The position numbers and the translations under genes are program-made. Under the pieces are notes generated by a model. It was not told the origin of the DNA, did no database searches, and saw only the letters and a list, made by a program, of their open reading frames with translations. A stretch of 64,000 nucleotides of DNA from Leucoraja ocellata (lineage: Eukaryota), in the NCBI GenBank assembly GCA_036785375.1, contig JAWMAR010000070.1, forward strand, positions 4,340,001 to 4,404,000, given 5' to 3'. Shown here piece by piece: positions 39,313-52,273 of the stretch (position 1 is the first letter of the stretch; each line of letters starts with the position of its first letter).

Positions 39313-39624
39313 CTTCAGATACTTGGAGATGTTCTTGAAATGTTGGTTCGCCAGGTGTAGTAAGTCCACAGCTGTATCGTCCTGTATCTCCAGAGTGAAG
39401 ATCCTCCACAGTCACAGTAAATATTCCTCGTGCCGGGTTATCTGTGATTGACACTCTTCCGCTCTGTCCATGTTTCCCATTTGTTTCCACTACATGTGTA
39501 CACTGGCGACTTGTCCCAGGGCACCAGTATTTTGTGTGTGAGCGGTACACTGCTGCATAGTGACAATCGATTGTGATCGCTCTTCCCACAACCCCTCTTA
39601 CATCACTCTCAGCCCACAGTGCAC
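39313..39624 (-). pseudogene. Orphan intact Ig V exon (V4-type), relic gene fragment
   Basis: 312-nt open exon with intact splice sites and all four Cys; flanks (~39190-40290) match the V4 introns; no leader, C2 or TM exon found nearby. Confidence 0.7.
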
Positions 39625-42600
39625 CTGAAACTGAAGGAAACATGTTTCATAAATTGAAGAGCAAAATTAACCTTTCACAAACATATACATAGTATATTAT
39701 AGTATACACCAATGTGTATAGGGGAGTCCGCCCAATCATTTTCGTAACCTGTGTTGAATTCCACCTAGATTGCGATGAGAGACAGATACTGTACACCGTC
39801 CCTCACCACCTGTACAGGTCGTTCCAAAGCGCTTCCCAGCCAATGTGGGTGTGAATGGTGAAGAATGATGCATTGAAAATGGAGCCTGTTGCAATTGGAC
39901 GGCGCTGTCTAGGGAGTCTTGGTGAGTTGCTCCAGTGCATCGTGCAGATGGTGCAAACTGCTGCTGCTCTGCATCAGCGGGGGAGGTTGACGACGGGGTG
40001 TCTACCAAGCGCGATTCTGGGTCATGACAGACGAGCACAAGTGTTCAGCGAAACTGTGGCCTAGGCTTTGCTTGGCCTCGCTGATGTAAACCATTCACAC
40101 TCGCTTCTGGACTTCCCCTCTGAGCGTCTCCACACCTACTGGGAGCTACATTTCAAAACTCACTTTGACAAAAGTAACGGGTTTACTTTATGGAGTGACG
40201 GGGAGGAAGATTCACTTTAATTTTGAGAGATTATTGAGGTTCCTCCAGAGATTCACACAAATTAATACGTTTTTAATCCTGCCATGATCATGAAACCCAT
40301 GCGTACACAAGCAGACCGTACAAACTCCATACAGACAGCACCCAAGGTCAGGATCGAACCCGGGATTCGGATGCTGTGAGGCAGCGGCTCTACCTGTTGT
40401 GCCAATGTGTGATTGTCTCAGATATCTTTCAACTTTCCTTGCAGGCAAGAACAAGGATTGAACCCTGGTTAGCAGCATGGGGGCTGCATGCTTGCAAACC
40501 GGCAAGCTAAGTGCAGAGTTAAGTCTATGGTACTTCCTCCCCGATGGTTTTGCAAGCAGACTGTGAACACCCTTCCTTGTGTGTTGGTGATAAGGGCTCC
40601 CCGGTCAGATACTTTTTGCGTTGCGTTTTGTTGCACAACCACAGAGCTCCACAAGGCAGCTGTGCTCTGGACAAAACTGTTATCCATCTACTTCTGCAGT
40701 GTACAATTGGCAAAAAAACGTTATAGATACAACATGGAAACAGGCTCTTCGGCTCACCGGATCTGCGCCAACCAGTGTTCACCCCGGATACAATTTACTG
40801 TGCAATTTAACCTACAAACCTGTCTGTCTTTGGTGTGTGGGAGGAAACCGGAACACCGCGAGAAAATCCATGCGGACACAATGAGAACGTACAGACTCCA
40901 TATAGACAGCAGCCGAGATCAGCATTGAACCTGGGTCTCAGGCGCTGTTAGACAGCAACACTACTGCTATACCACTTTGTTCAACCTACTGACTTGCCAG
41001 AACAATGTGTTCCCCCTGAGCTAACATTCTTATATCTTCGATTTTCCAGCACCTGCAGTTCCTTCTTAAACATTCTTATACCCTGCATGTTCTTGCTGAA
41101 TTCTTGAGAACCAGAGGACATAGTTTGAGAACCAGAGGCATAGGTTTAAGGTGAGGGGAAAAGATTTAATAGGAACCTGAGGGAAGCTGAACAGGATAGG
41201 TTTACAGAGATATGAGCCAAATGTCTTTAGTCAGAGAGTGGTGAGTTTGTGGAATTTATTTCAACAAGCAACTGTGGAAGCCTATTCGATGGATATTGTT
41301 TAGGCAGAGATTGACAGATTCCTGATTAGTGTGGGAGTCAGGGGTTATGGGGAGAAGGCAGGTGAATGGAGGTGAATGTAGATCAGCCACGATTGAATGG
41401 CGGAGTAGAGTTGATGCGCCGAAAGGCCAAATTCTGCACTTAGAACTTATGAACCTATGAACATTGTGTTTAAGAAGGAACTGCAGATGCTGGGAAATCG
41501 GAGGTACTCAAAAATGCTGGAGAAACTCAACGGGTGCGGCAGCATCTATGGAGCGAAGGAAATAGGCAACGTTTCGGGCCTAACCCCTTCTTCAGGAAGT
41601 ACCATAGACGGGATTTTTTTGTGAGGTTATGAACATTGTTGGTTTGTGGGTTTCTGCTGCAGTCATATTCTGAGAAAAGTAACACCAGCCCGAAGTAAGT
41701 TCCTGACCTGAAATGTCGCTTGCCCATCTCGTTTCAGAGATGATGTTTGACCCACTATGGTGGGGGTTTTTTTTGTTTTGCTCAACTGCTCATATTAACA
41801 GGAAGCACGTTGACCACAGCAAGATGCTGCTCATACATTTGACTCAGACCACAATATTTATTTCCATCACACGTTGGCCTTTGATGTGTTTGTACATTGA
41901 CTGGAAATGTGTTCAAAACAAATAAATGTGTATTGTAGGGTGCACAAATTAATGTACAAATATGTCAGGCCCCATTCAGTCCTTCATAACTACACTATGC
42001 ATTAAACTCATAGCTTATCCTTCATATCAATATCCAGTACTATTTATATTTCCATAAATCCCGTAATATCTAAGAAACAATTGTTCACAGGCTAGATTGC
42101 ATTGGGGTCATACAATGTAGAAACAGGCCCTTCGGCCCTACTTAACCCTTCACACTGCGTTTGGACAATTGAGACAACGAAAACCTCATTCCTTGAACTG
42201 CACTCTCCTGTTCAGTAAGAACTTTGCATATTTTTAACCGCTATAGTTGAGTACCGCTATAGTTGAGAAGAGGTCCTGTAGCAATGCTGCTAAGACCAGA
42301 ATTTCCAAATCGAACTTTCTTCTGCTACAGAAAATGTGATTTTTGGAAGTGTTTCTGTGGTCATGACAGTTGAATCTTCTTGGTTTAGGATCTCACCCAG
42401 AAATTTGCAGTTCAGGCAGTGATGTACTCTACCAGTTGGCACTGTGGTGCTCGTAGGTCATGTGCTCATTTACTGGGGAGGGACGGTGTAGACGGGAAAT
42501 TTTCACGTGGACTCCGGGCTTGTTTTCAGAAAAAAATGTTTTATTACGAATTGACCAACTTTGGTTACACATGTCCTGGGGCTGATGCCCTCAGATACAA

Positions 42601-43059
42601 GGCATTCAGTGCCTTTTACACAACCACATCTACATTACCTTCCTCTCCTAACTTTACCTTGCATTCTCAGTGAGTAGAAAAGATAAAGGAATGCATGTAT
42701 ATTACTCTGTTGTACTGCTGCAAGTTGTATGACAATACTGCATGACAATAAAACACACTTGACTCACTTTTTGCCTTCTAATATGCTATAAAATCTGTGA
42801 ATATTTCTGCAGTTCCACGCTACATTACTCCCCTCCATCTCCACTTGGCTGTGCAGTATCTAGGGATGGGCTCACTTAGGGTCATTTTATTTGCAACTGG
42901 TCACTGAGGCAGGTAAAATCCAGTCTAGGCCAATTTTCAGTGAGACCACCTTACCCAGGTTTGAGGATCATCTTACATCTTGGGCTTATCTGCCTTAGCC
43001 CATTATCCACTTGAACCCATGTTCTTGCTTGATCCATTGCCCCTTTACGGACTTGAACC

Positions 43060-43843
43060 CACAATATTTTGGCCCAGAGACAATGGGGTGTGGTGTGCTT
43101 AGACAGCCACTTGCAATTGATTATAATGGGATTGTTTAATTATTATCTTAATTTACACAGACCCAACGCTTCTTCGTCTGAATGTTCAATTAACCTATCC
43201 TTTGTCTATTATAACGATGTTTATGTTACTTTGTCTCTGACTCTTGTGGATCTCGGCAGGGAACCAGATAATCCTCAGTCGAGGGACCGGGGTATCCTGT
43301 GAACTCGTTCGGGAGTTCAGACTTAATGGATCCGATAGTGCACTTTTCACTCCCCTCGAGGTACCGGTCAGACATCAGCCGCTTACTCAGTCGAAGGAGA
43401 TGGTCCCAGTGAGATCCTGCCGACTACGGCAATGTTAAATTTATATCCGCGCTATCGAACAACAAACCCCATTGGTCACTTTAAGAATGTAACAAGTCCT
43501 CTTTATTACGCATGCGGGAGTGGGAGAGCGTCCACCAGTCTGGTTACACAATCGTTGCCCCTCGCGGTCCCACTCGCACAGGCAGCATATTTATACATGA
43601 ATAGTCACGGGTCTAGTTAATCACACAATCAGCACATTCGTGCACCGGTTCTGATTGTTTAGAACAAATGTGTTTTTCTCTGCAGCACAACTTGGTATCA
43701 GGACTGTTCCCTTTTTAGTCACAATACCTTTTGCAGTTCTGCAAAACCATTCATTAGTTAGCAATTCTAACTAAGTAAAGCAGACTTGCCACGCGCAACA
43801 AGCAATCTGTATGTACACATGAACTCTTAACCCCCCAGCCACA
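43060..43843 (-). mobile_element. Possible solo LTR
   Basis: Non-coding block found once in the window; starts TGTGG on the minus strand with an internal AATAAA (~43502); left boundary and TSD not resolved. Confidence 0.25.
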
Positions 43844-45416
43844 GTTTAAGAACCAGAGGACATAGGTTTAAGGTGAGGGGGGCAGATTTAATAGGAACCC
43901 GAGGGAACCTGGACAGGATAGGTTTCCTTCATCAGAGGGTGGTGAATCTGTGGAATTTATTTTAACAGACGGTTGTGGAAGCCAATCCAATGGATATATC
44001 TGAGACAGAGATTGACAATTCCTGATCAGTGTGGGTGTCAGGGGTTAGAAGGAGAAGGCAGGAGAATGGGGATGGGAGGGAAAGATAGATCAGTCATGAT
44101 TGAATCGTGGAGTAGACTTGAATGGCCAAAAGGTCTAATTCTGCACTAAAAACTTACTAACCTATGCACATTGTATGTTTGTGGGTTTCTGCGGCAGTCA
44201 TATTCGGAGAAAAGTAACACCAGTCTGAAGTAGGGTCCTGACCTGAAATGTCATCTGCCCATTTCCATTCAGAGATGCTGCTAGACCCACTGAAGTTTTT
44301 TTGTGTTTTGCTCAACTGCTCATATTGACAGGAAGCACGTTGACCACAGCAAGATGCAGCTCGCACATTTGACGCAGAACAGAATATTTATTTCCATCGC
44401 ATGATGGCCTTTGATGTGTTTGTACTTTGACTGGAAATGTGTTAAAAAAATGTGTACTGTAGGGTGAACAAATTTATGAACAGATATGTCAGGCCCCACT
44501 AGGTCCTTCATAACTATACTATGCATTAAAACCATACCTTATCCTTAATCATGTCAATATCCAGTACTAGTTCTATTTCCATGGATCCTTTAATATCTAA
44601 GAAACAATTGTTCCCAGGCTAGGTTGTATTCGAGTCATAGATTCATACAACGAAGAAACAGGCCCTTCGGCCATACTTACCACTCCTCACTACGTGCCAT
44701 GGAAAACCTAACCCCTTCACCTGCACTCTCCTGCTCTGTAAGAACTGTGTGATGTGTTTAGGCTGACCCTTGCAAGGAATGATGATGGGAGGGTTGGGGA
44801 ATTTGTGGGTGGAGGGAATGAGGGTGGGTATGACACGAATGGGAACCAATGCCATTTTATCATTTGTATGCATGATCTAGGCTCATTCATTATACTGGCG
44901 GATGAAAGAGATCGTATAAGTGAGTGTAATTCGTAAGGTCATTTGTGATAGGAGCAGACAATTTGACCCATCAAGGCTACTCCACCATTCAATCATCGCT
45001 GATTTACCTCTCCCTCCTAACACCACTCCCCTGCCTTCTCCCCATCACCCCTTACTCATGATGAATTGAACGAAACCGCTCAGAAGGTGTTTGACAAAGT
45101 AAAGCTATAAAAAGATGCCGGTTTATCCAAAGACGAACCCAAAATGCTGGAGTAACTCAGATGGTTAAGAAATATCTCTGGTGAAAATTGATGGGTAACA
45201 TTTTGGGTCAGGACCTTTCTACAGACCATCTGAACATGGGCCCCAACTTCAAACAGCACCTGTCTATTTTCTCCATAGATGCTGCCTGACCTGTTGAGTT
45301 ACTCCAGCATTTTGTGTTCATCTTTGAAAACGTATAGGGCAGATTAAAGCAGTGTAATCTGAACAGAGTGGTAAAGCAAGTGTTGCCAAAAACTCACACC
45401 GAATTAAAAATCTCTC

Positions 45417-45683
45417 CTAAGAAACGACAGAGGCATAGGTTGACTCAGTGTTCTCTGGAGTCACAGTAGAGTGGGGTTTCCGAATGCCCTTTGGGCAGTT
45501 GCGGTGAAAATTGACATCTGCGTACACGACAGCGTTTTCAGCCGCATGCTGCCTTGATCTTGACTTCCTTTGACAATTCACCACTGCATACGTGATTCCA
45601 CCTTCATTGTTGGCCAAATGGTCACCTGCCCTGTTGTTTTCCAGATTTGAATCAATGTGGTTCCCTTCCAACACTGCCATTTC
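45417..45683 (-). CDS. Gene A terminal cytoplasmic exon with 3 ITIMs (ITYAVV, VVYADV, STYASV)
   Basis: atttcag|GAAATG acceptor, phase 0; ORF 45417..45680 ends in a stop; three (I/V/S)xYxxV motifs. Confidence 0.88.
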   Translation of the reverse strand, partial: EMAVLEGNHIDSNLENNRAGDHLANNEGGITYAVVNCQRKSRSRQHAAENAVVYADVNFHRNCPKGIRKPHSTVTPENTESTYASVVS

Positions 45684-46105
45684 CTGAAATATAACAAAAT
45701 CCCATTTTACATCCTAATAGATTTGAAAGGTCCTCAACAGATGTCTATTACAAAGTAGGCCTCAAACTGTTCAGTGTACAGAACAAGCCATGGCTGCTGT
45801 TTACAACACAAAGATAGCGCAGCACGGTGGAGCAGCGGTAGAGTTGCTGCCTGACAGCGCCTACAACAGGTTTGTATTTTAGGTCAATTGGTTTGGTTTA
45901 ATTGCAAATTTCCCCTAGTGTGTGTAGGATAGTGTTCGTGTGCGGGGTCACCAGTCGGCGTGGGCTCGGTGGGCCAAAGGGCATGTTTCTGCGCTGGATC
46001 TCTCAACTGGAGTGGACTGGTGTTGCTAAACGGCCGGTGTAAACACAGATAATTCAATATTATATATTCTTCAACACTCAGAAAATGTATATTTCACATT
46101 GTTAC

Positions 46106-46152
46106 CTGGGTTTCATCGTTGTCTTCACCGTGTGATGTATTGTACTTGGATT
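46106..46152 (-). CDS. Gene A cytoplasmic exon 1 (ESKYNTSHGEDNDETQ)
   Basis: ttttccag acceptor, CCAG|GTAACA donor, phase 1 to 0, matching both neighbouring exons. Confidence 0.75.
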
Positions 46153-46869
46153 CTGGAAAATATGTTGTCGATAGGGCCATATCAGGAACAGGTTTAAACA
46201 TCATTCATTTATATATTTCATTCCGTGTTCCATGTACCTTCTATATCTCGTGTTCCCCTTTCCCCTGACTCTCAATCTGAAGAAGGGTCTCGACTCGAAA
46301 CGTCACCTGTTCCTTTTCAAGAGTCAAGGGAGTTTTATTGTCATATGTCCCAGATAGAACAATGACAATCTTACTTGCTGCAGCACAATAGAATATGTAA
46401 ACATAGTACATAACGGGAGAGAAAAAAAAGTTCAGTGTGTATATATACACATACACACATACTCAATCTGTTTATTTTATCCAGCTAAGCTGAGAACTAC
46501 TATATTTGATGATTTTCTGTTGCGCTGCTGGCAAAATGTCGCTTCTGACCCGCTAATTGCTAGAGCATTTAATGTTTATCTTCAGTATTAGCCACCATGT
46601 GCAGTTCCTTCCAACACACAAACATCTACATGTTTTGTGCAAGACTTTATATTTAGGAGAACCCCAAAAGTACTTCAGTATATTTGCACGTACAGAGTAA
46701 GTGTATGCCCTCTTGTTCTGGTTACTCTACGTAATGTTCAGAATGGATCATATTCCCTGTGCTCTACCCATTCCACCCTAAAGCTACCTAAACCTACCTG
46801 GTCTCCCTGTTGCTCAACACTTTAACTCCACCTCCCATTCCCACACTAACTATTCTGTCCTGGGCCTCA

Positions 46870-47520
46870 TCCGGATGTTAGACTAACTGGTCTGTAATTC
46901 CCCGTTTTCTCTCTCGCTCTCTTTTTAAAAAGTGGGGTTACATTAGCTACCCTCCAATCCTCAGTAACTACTCCAGAATCTAAAGAGTTTTGAAAAATTA
47001 TCACTAATGCATCCACAATTTCTTGGGCTACTTGTTTAAGTACTCTGGGATGCAGCCTCCTATCTTGCCCAGGGAATTTATCGGCCTTTAATCCATTCAA
47101 TTTACCAAACACCACTTCCCGGCTAATCTGGATTTCACTCAGTTCCTCCATCTCATTTGACCCCTGGTCCCCTGCTATTTCCGGCAGATTATTTATGTCT
47201 TCCTTAGTGAAGACAGAACCAAAGTAGTTATTCAATTGGTCTGCCATGTCCTTGTCCCCCATGATCAATTCATCTGTTTCTGACTGCAAGGGACCTACAT
47301 TTGTTTTAACTAATTTTTTTCTCTTCACATATCTATAAACACTTTTGCGGTCAGTTTTTATGTTCCCTGACAGTTTTCTTTCATAATCTATTTTCCCTTT
47401 CCTAATTAAGCCCTTTGTCCTCCTCTGTGGACTCTGAATTTCTCCCTCTCCTCATGTATGCTGCTTTTTCTGGCTAATTGGTATGCTTATTCTTTTGTTT
47501 TGATACTATCCCTGATTTCA
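46870..47520 (-). mobile_element. CR1-clade LINE fragment
   Basis: ORF 46867..47328 homologous to the N-terminal part of the 54176..55459 ORF. Confidence 0.8.
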
Positions 47521-48126
47521 GCTCTGTGAACCTTCAAGTTTTCATCGGCAGCGGAGATAGTTGGCAGCTTCAAGTTCATGGGCGTTCACATCTTGGATTA
47601 CCTGCCCAGGCTAGACTTGCCCTGCCTCAACTACCTCCTCTGGCAGCTCCTGCCATATACCCACCGCCCTCTGTGTGATGCAGGTATGTCGTACGTTTTC
47701 TATGTCCCTGTGAGGCTGCAGGAGTAATCTTCATTGTAACTGTACTTCAACGTGCTTGTGCATTTGACAATAAACACGACTTAACCTGATTCGAAATACA
47801 ATAGCAAAACACAAAAGCATATTCTAACAGCTGAGAGGATGATAGTATCTATGTAAATCTTACTTCTACCTAACCTCTTAGTTCTCATGCATCTCTGCTA
47901 TTTCACACTCAGTTTCTGTACAATTATGTTAAAATAACATTTTATGTCACCGAGTCACCATGATAGCATCAAACATGATAGCATTATTGATCATTCATGC
48001 TTCCTCCTACTCTTTATTACTTTAATGCAGGGCATTTGTTGATTAGAACAGGATAAAATCTCTTGACTTTCTGCAAGGAACTCAGACATGTATTTTGAAA
48101 TTATTTAAGATAAATCAGAAACTCAC

Positions 48127-48215
48127 CCTTGGTTTTACGCTTTCGGTACCAAAAGAAGGCAATGATGAGAATCAGGAAAAGCACAGTGACACCAGACGCA
48201 ACTATGTAAATGATC
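48127..48215 (-). CDS. Gene A transmembrane exon, uncharged (IIYIVASGVTVLFLILIIAFFWYRKRKTK)
   Basis: Polypyrimidine tract plus caacag acceptor, AAGG|GTGAGT donor, phase 2 to 1; hydrophobic run followed by basic stop-transfer RKRK. Confidence 0.88.
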
Positions 48216-50643
48216 CTGTTGGACAGAGAATAGGGAAGGGTGAGACATGGCTCATCATTGATTCTTGGCCTTCAGTAAAGAACAAAAGTCAAACATTTAT
48301 ATGGCACCTTTCATGATTTTTATGAAGTGTGCAGCAAAGGAAATGAGGTGTAGAGTCTGTTTCAGTGGGCAATGCAGCAGCTAATCTGCTCACAGTAAGG
48401 TGACATTGACCAACGATCGTGCAACTGGTTGAAGAGCAATTGGGTTCAACCATTAAGGAACCCTCCCTTCTCCTTCACTAAAAAATGCATGGGAAATGTT
48501 ACACTTTTATAGCAATGATTAGTTGAGTTGAGTTCAGCTGAGTTTGGTTTAGTTTAGTTTAGTTTAAGTTAGTTTAATTTATTTTATTTTAAAGATACAA
48601 CATGGAAACAGGACTTTCCGACCACCAAATCTGCGTCGACCAGCAATCACCATATATTATATCTACCCGAAACATTAGAGACAATTTACAGAAGCCAATT
48701 AACCTACAAACCTGCACGTCTTTGGAATGCGGGAAAAAACGGGAACATCTGGAGAACACCCACGTGGACACTGAGAGAACGAACAAACTCTGTACAAGCA
48801 GCAACCGTAGTCAGGATCGATCACAATCTCTGGGGCAGTAAGGCAGCAACTACATCGCTGTCCCACCATGCCACAGTTATTGGAGTTTTCATATCTGACA
48901 GTTAGCACGCTACCCTCCCTCAGTACTGCAAAGGTGTGGTACCCGATTTACCCTAATATTTGCAGCTATCCTTGAAACCACCACTTTGTGAACACGGTTC
49001 TACAACCCTGTTCCAACCTCGGCGGAGAGAACACTATGCCAAAGAGAAAACAATGCACTCCTTTCAACAAATCTCACCCCAATGCCATTTACATCTCCAT
49101 CTCCACCAACATTGGTTTGGACAGTGACTGTTCGTTTAGGGTTGTCTGAAATATGGAACATCTACAACATATCCAGAAGGCGGCTCACCTTGACCATCTC
49201 AAGGTCAGCAGTGTGACCTAACGTGCCTACCACACAGGGTCACGTTCTAGGTGGAGACACTTCCTGCTGTTGGAGTGACTCACATTGAGACTTTGACAAA
49301 CTCCGCAAGTTGGTGTTTTAGCCCATAATTCACTATGCATTTTCCTACCAGTACCACACCAGAGCAGGTCACAGCAAGGCAACGCAGCAATAGTTGTGTT
49401 TGGCAACTATACTCATCTCACACCATGGGATGAGGTTAGTGATGGAGACCTCATGGTGAAACCACAGGGAACGCCCTATAGAAACATGGAAACATGGAAA
49501 ATAGGTGCAGGAGGATGCCATTCGGCCCTTTGAGTCAGCTCCGCCATACATTGTGATAATGGCTGATCGTCCCCAATCAATAACCCCTGCCTGCCTTCTC
49601 CCCATATCCCTTGACTCCACCAGCCCCTAGAGCTCTATCTAACAAGAGAGGGTTAGATACTTGACACTGTACGTCACGCTCGAAATGCCCGCGGACTTCG
49701 CTCGAACTTCACGTCGCTCACTCGACCTCCGCGCAGCCCCCGCGTCCAGTTAGGTCGCGCTTGCCGCTTGTAGGTCGCATGCTGGTGGGACCGCCCCTCC
49801 ACATCAGCAAGACAAAATGGTGACTGGACGATCGTTTCACTGAACACATACGCTCAGTCCGCCTGGGATTATATGATCTCCCAGTTGCTAAACTATTTAA
49901 CTCCCCCTCCCATTCCCACACTGACTGTTCTATTCTGGGCTTTCTCCATTGCCAGAATGAGGCCGAATGGAACTTGGAGGAACAGCGCCACACATTTCGC
50001 TTGGGCATCTTACAGCCAAGCAGCATGAATATTGATTTCTATAACTTCAAATAACCCTTGCATCCCCTCTCTCTCCGTCCCTCCCCACCCTAGTCATTGT
50101 ACGAATTTCACTGTTGTCTTGTAGTGTTTCATTGTCTGTACAACTCTTTTTCTCCTAGCCCACAGCTAACTATGGATCGTTTCATTCATCATCGTTACTT
50201 TTGTTGCATATCTTTCATTCAATGTTTTATATCTTTCTATATCACCGTCGATATCGCTTTCGTTTCCCTTTCCCCTGACTCTCACTCTGAAGAGGGGTCT
50301 CAACATAAAACGTCACCTATACCTTTTCTCCAAAGATGCTGTCTGACCCGACGAGTTACTCCAGTTGTTTGTATCTATATTCAGTTTAAACCAGCATCTG
50401 CAGTTCCTTCCAACACAATGAAAGTCGAAATTTGCAGAACACACATAGATGGCACCTAAGTTCAGAGTCTTGGCGTTGTGAGGCTGTGGTTCCACTGGCT
50501 GTGTCTGTGCATTCAGATCAATAATCTCTCGGGCCTTTAATGCCAGTGAACGGAAGACACAACTTTCTCCCAATTGAAGTCATCCCAATCAAAACACCAG
50601 CAATTAGTACATGGCATCTTTCATTGGAATCAGAGTAGTTTAC

Positions 50644-50692
50644 CTTGATAAAGCATTGGATCCTTTCGAAGTTTCACAAGAATATTCAAGTC
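50644..50692 (-). CDS. Gene A 49-nt Cys linker exon (GLEYSCETSKGSNALSR)
   Basis: ttccttgttcacacag acceptor, CAAG|GTAAAC donor, phase 1 to 2, bridging C2b (phase 1) to the TM exon (phase 2); homologs in B and C. Confidence 0.8.
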
Positions 50693-51952
50693 CTGTGTGA
50701 ACAAGGAAATATAAATCAGTTTCACTGATTTTCACCTGCAGTTGAACAAGAGAGCATGCTTGTCCGATGTAAGGAGTTTATAGATTTAATAGACAGGGCA
50801 ATGTTTCTCCAGTGTAATTTGCAGCAAATGGGAGATGCTTGCACAACTCAGGTCACCAACATTAGGGCGGCATAGCGGTAGAGTTGCTGCCTTACAGCGC
50901 CAGAGACCCGGGTTCAATCCTGACTACGGGTACAATCTGCACGGAGTTCGTATGTTCTCCCCGTGACCGCGTGGGTTTCATTCAAATGCTCCGGTTTTCT
51001 CCCACATTCTAAAGTAGTGCAGGTTTTTAAGGTTAATTGCCTTCTGTAAATTGTCCCTAGTGAGTAGGATGGAATTTGTGCACCGGTGAAAAGCAGCTAC
51101 TTCCACCTGGAATTCTAAACAAAACTAAAGGAGGTGATTTCATGCGAGGGATAGTGCCTGGGATGAAACATTACAGTTCGAAGGAGAAGGCTGGATAGAT
51201 GGGGATTTTAATCCATACAGGAAAAGAAGCGGGAGCCTATTACAGCTGTGCAAAGCTATGAGGAACATAGATAGGGTACTTTGTGGGAAATCAGCACAGC
51301 AGATGTGCGTAGAAATGGAGAACATAAGGTTGGGTTAAGGAGTAGAATATTTGGAGGGTATATGAGCAAGACGTATTTTTAAACTTAGATAGTGGAGGCA
51401 CTTGAATTGTCAAGTCTGAGAAGACTGTGGATGAGGGGCTGGTAAATGGATTAGTATCGATGGTTCTAAATGGTCAACATTAACACTGTGGACCAAAGCT
51501 GAGGAGTCCAGAGTCCTCGAGGAGTTATCTGCGGCCACATTTACGGATAATTTATGTTCCCTTCCCATATTTGAGCGTCGGTCATGTGGAGATGATGGAA
51601 AGTGAAAGTGCTTGGACTGATGTCACTGCAAACCTAGTTTAAAGGTGTGTAAACATAAGAGGAAGTTGTAGCCGGGAAGCTGGCCTACACCAGCACTGGG
51701 AAATCTATGTCTGGAGTCCAGCATTGACAAATGGACCATAATTACATCATTTTAATCTTGATAAGTTAATTAAATAACGTGCATGGATTTCAGGGTGTCG
51801 GGGGCTACGGGGAGAGGACAGGATAATGGGGCGAAGAGGGGAAGATACATAAGCCATGATTGAATGGTCTATTTCTGCTTCTATCACTTGTGATCCTACG
51901 AACCACCCCACCTGCACTTCCCCTTCCTCTCCCCATTCCCTCTACTACTTAC

Positions 51953-52273
51953 CAGTGCCGTTGAATTTCACCAGGAAACTGCAGGGCACGTCACTGCTGG
52001 TGATGGACACGTTGACCATTTCACTGGATTTTGATCCTTTATTATTTGAGGCTGTGCAATAATATTGATGGTGCTGGTGTTTGAAGGATTGACAATGTAG
52101 ATCCAGGGCATTGTTGTCTGAGATCTTTGAATCCCCAGATGGGGTCTTTTCATACCAAGTGTAGTTAATGGGAAGCGATCCCCGGACCGACTCACAAGAC
52201 ACTGTCACTGAGCCCCCGAAACAGGAGACATCGGCTGGTGACAGACACCCAAGCACAGGAACAGACACGTGTT
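51953..52273 (-). CDS. Gene A Ig C2-type exon (C2b)
   Basis: 321 nt, cccacag acceptor, ACTG|GTAAGT donor; VSCESVRGSLPINYTWY...YYCTASN. Confidence 0.88.

Noticed and set aside
49078-49145. Possible stalk exon in gene A (atttcag acceptor, GTGAGA donor)
   Set aside because: The required phase-2 frame hits TAA almost immediately; the linker and TM exons already join in phase.
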